From assembly GCA_003978865.1 (NCBI GenBank), contig QNXS01000078.1, positions 1-36,897 on the forward strand: 36,897 nucleotides of DNA. The letters run 5' to 3'. Position 1 is the stretch's first letter. Each line of letters begins with the position of its first letter. Below are positions 35,167-36,897 of the stretch, in pieces. The notes beneath the pieces were generated by a model. That model worked only from the letters and a program-made list of their open reading frames with translations. It searched no databases and was not told the origin of the DNA. Position numbers and translations under genes: made by a program. This DNA is from Archaeoglobus sp. GTDB taxonomy: Archaea > Halobacteriota > Archaeoglobi > Archaeoglobales > Archaeoglobaceae.

Positions 35167-35727
35167 TCAAATACCTTTTGTCTTGAGCATAGCTTTTGCT
35201 ATTTTAAGGGTTATGTTCGCCTCTATCCACGCCGCTATCACGATTAAGATAATAGAGATTAATGCTAAGGTTAGGTATTCTTTGACGTCTTCTTTCGTTA
35301 GTATTTGTTCCTTTTTGCCAGCGAGATATCGGATAATCTCGTATGGTATCTTAAAGCCTGCCGCTCCCGCTATTATTATCGCGGGGATTTCAAAGATGCC
35401 GTGCGGGAGAATTAAGAGGAATACTTTATCTACATTTAAACCAATTTTAATACTAGAAAAAATTTTTAATGATAAATCATTTGCATTAAAGAACAAATTA
35501 ACAAAAGTGGGAAATCCAACTAAGAATCCACCCAATATCAAAGTCAAGGCGGCTATTAAGTTATTTTTAAGGATAAATACTGTGTCGGTAGCACTAAATT
35601 TTATATTATTTTCTGATTTTAATTTTGATAGTATATCATTTTTAAGGTTGTTTCCGCTTATTATAATCGCTCCTATCATAAATCCTCCGACATAGATTAG
35701 TATCGACAATAAAATGTATGGCCTCAT
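35167..35727 (-). CDS. SpoIIM-like (DUF95) membrane protein
   Basis: LILPHGIFEIPAIIIAGAAGFK signature and about 5 TM helices. Confidence 0.65.
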   Translation of the reverse strand: MRPYILLSILIYVGGFMIGAIIISGNNLKNDILSKLKSENNIKFSATDTVFILKNNLIAALTLILGGFLVGFPTFVNLFFNANDLSLKIFSSIKIGLNVDKVFLLILPHGIFEIPAIIIAGAAGFKIPYEIIRYLAGKKEQILTKEDVKEYLTLALISIILIVIAAWIEANITLKIAKAMLKTKGI

Positions 35728-35734
35728 AATTTTC

Positions 35735-36010
35735 TTATGCTCCGGTAAGTATTCCTATTGCAGTTAGTACACCCGTAACGCCTAAAGATAATAGTGTAAT
35801 CAAAAGCATAAAAACCTCTCGTTTTTTATTATTGCATGGCTTACCTTTAAATAACCCAAAAATGGATAGCAAAGTCGCTACCACTATTATTACTACTACT
35901 GGAATACCTTGAAACCTTATAAAGCCTAAAATATCTAGTAACAGACACAAGTTGGTAATCCACACGATTGCCAGCAGAAAAATAAGTATACTGTTTTGTG
36001 TTAGTTTCAT
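35735..36010 (-). CDS. small membrane protein (3 TM)
   Basis: Hydrophobic ORF. AGGTG lies 9 nt before ATG 36010. The track start at 36022 is a GTG alternative. Confidence 0.45.
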   Translation of the reverse strand: MKLTQNSILIFLLAIVWITNLCLLLDILGFIRFQGIPVVVIIVVATLLSIFGLFKGKPCNNKKREVFMLLITLLSLGVTGVLTAIGILTGA

Positions 36011-36033
36011 GGTTTCTAGCACCTTATAATGGT

Positions 36034-36309
36034 TTAGAGGAACACCGCTATTGCTGCAGCTCCTACTGGGCCTGAGGCCACTGTAAGAGCAAATCCTATG
36101 AGTTCAAGGTGCATTCCGATTAACCCTCCAATTGTGCTAACCATGTCCCCATGTGCTGCAGACCAACACGTTAAAAACGCATCCAAGCCATACGCCGCAT
36201 CTCCGACATTCACAGCAGGCATCACTTGCATAGCAACCATCGCCAAGCACATAGCGACAGCCAGCCACTTTATCACGGTATCTTCATCCCACCTCCTTAC
36301 TGCATACAT
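36034..36309 (-). CDS. small membrane protein
   Basis: Hydrophobic, Ala/Gly-rich ORF. A GGGGGAAG SD-like element lies upstream. Confidence 0.45.
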   Translation of the reverse strand: MYAVRRWDEDTVIKWLAVAMCLAMVAMQVMPAVNVGDAAYGLDAFLTCWSAAHGDMVSTIGGLIGMHLELIGFALTVASGPVGAAAIAVFL

Positions 36310-36433
36310 CCTATCTTCCCCCTTAGTCTGATCCTACTTATTTCTTACTATTTATTCCTATTTAAAAATTTTCTCTTCACGTTTTTTTTCTCGATGTGAA
36401 AAGATTTATTAGCGATGATGTAGATTGAGGGGT

Positions 36434-36897
36434 ATGAAGTTAATAACCGATCCGAATGCATTTTTTGAAGGGTTAAAGCAGAAAGATATAAGAATAAGAA
36501 AGCCAATGGTTATAGTATTAGCATTGGCAATTCTGATTTCAGTATACCAATACATTCTCACGACGAAAATATCGCAGGCCTTTCCAGCCGAAATTGCTAA
36601 ATTCTTCCTTGTCGGAGCTTACATCGGAATAATAGGTTCTTTTGGTATTTTTGCAGTCTGGCTGATTTTAGCAGTAATCATGCACGGATTATCTGCTTTC
36701 TTCGACGGGAAAGGTAGCTTTAGGAGAACTTTTGAATTCGTCGGATACGGTTTCCTTCCCTCCCTCGTTGGTTCAGCAATAACAACCATAACAATCCCAC
36801 TATCTTTAAACTACATCCTGAATGCTGAAATCCCTAAAATTAGCTTAGCTCAACTCCAGCAAAATCCAAAAATCGTTAAAACGATTATGCTTTCTCT
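36434..36897 (+). CDS. Yip1-domain membrane protein, N-terminal part (runs off the window end)
   Basis: My translation: MKLITDPNAFFEGLKQKDIRIRKPMVIVLALAIL...GSFRRTFEFVGYGFLPSLVGS. Absent from the track because it is open-ended. Confidence 0.55.
   Translation, partial: MKLITDPNAFFEGLKQKDIRIRKPMVIVLALAILISVYQYILTTKISQAFPAEIAKFFLVGAYIGIIGSFGIFAVWLILAVIMHGLSAFFDGKGSFRRTFEFVGYGFLPSLVGSAITTITIPLSLNYILNAEIPKISLAQLQQNPKIVKTIMLS

Noticed and set aside
35183-35695. 170-aa + strand ORF
   Set aside because: It lies antisense to the SpoIIM-like membrane protein gene, which carries the family signature.

Overview
This is an archaeal chromosome segment. I infer an Archaeoglobales-like organism from gene content only: aIF2-alpha, Nop10, L21e, RpoF, Pus10, PurP, MBF1, PAC2, a DUF104 antitoxin and multihaem cytochromes. 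Positions 1-18.1 kb are ordinary housekeeping and transport genes. This part includes two items missing from the ORF track, a 57-aa Nop10 gene and a candidate H/ACA guide sRNA. Positions 30.4-34 kb carry leuA/cimA, a nine-haem cytochrome c with a cytochrome b partner, and tRNA-Ser. The accessory part lies between tRNA-Cys (18160-18230, whose last 10 nt are tandemly duplicated) and about 30.1 kb. It starts with a co-directional, overlapping gene array: Csa3-like CARF-wHTH regulator, frameshifted GIY-YIG remnant, RNase J-like beta-CASP nuclease, 175-aa orphan, McrB-like GTPase with a long N-terminal extension, and McrC-like nuclease. Next come a decayed UPF0175/DUF3368 toxin-antitoxin pair and a split CARF + PIN (+HAD) module. 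The island ends with a frameshifted tyrosine recombinase next to lox-like, 36-bp-phased repeats and further gene stubs. The two CARF-type genes share a near-identical 39-bp promoter block. A second, smaller decayed patch follows tRNA-Ser (truncated NurA-like gene, orphan DUF104 antitoxin). All family assignments come from motif recognition by eye; no searches were run.
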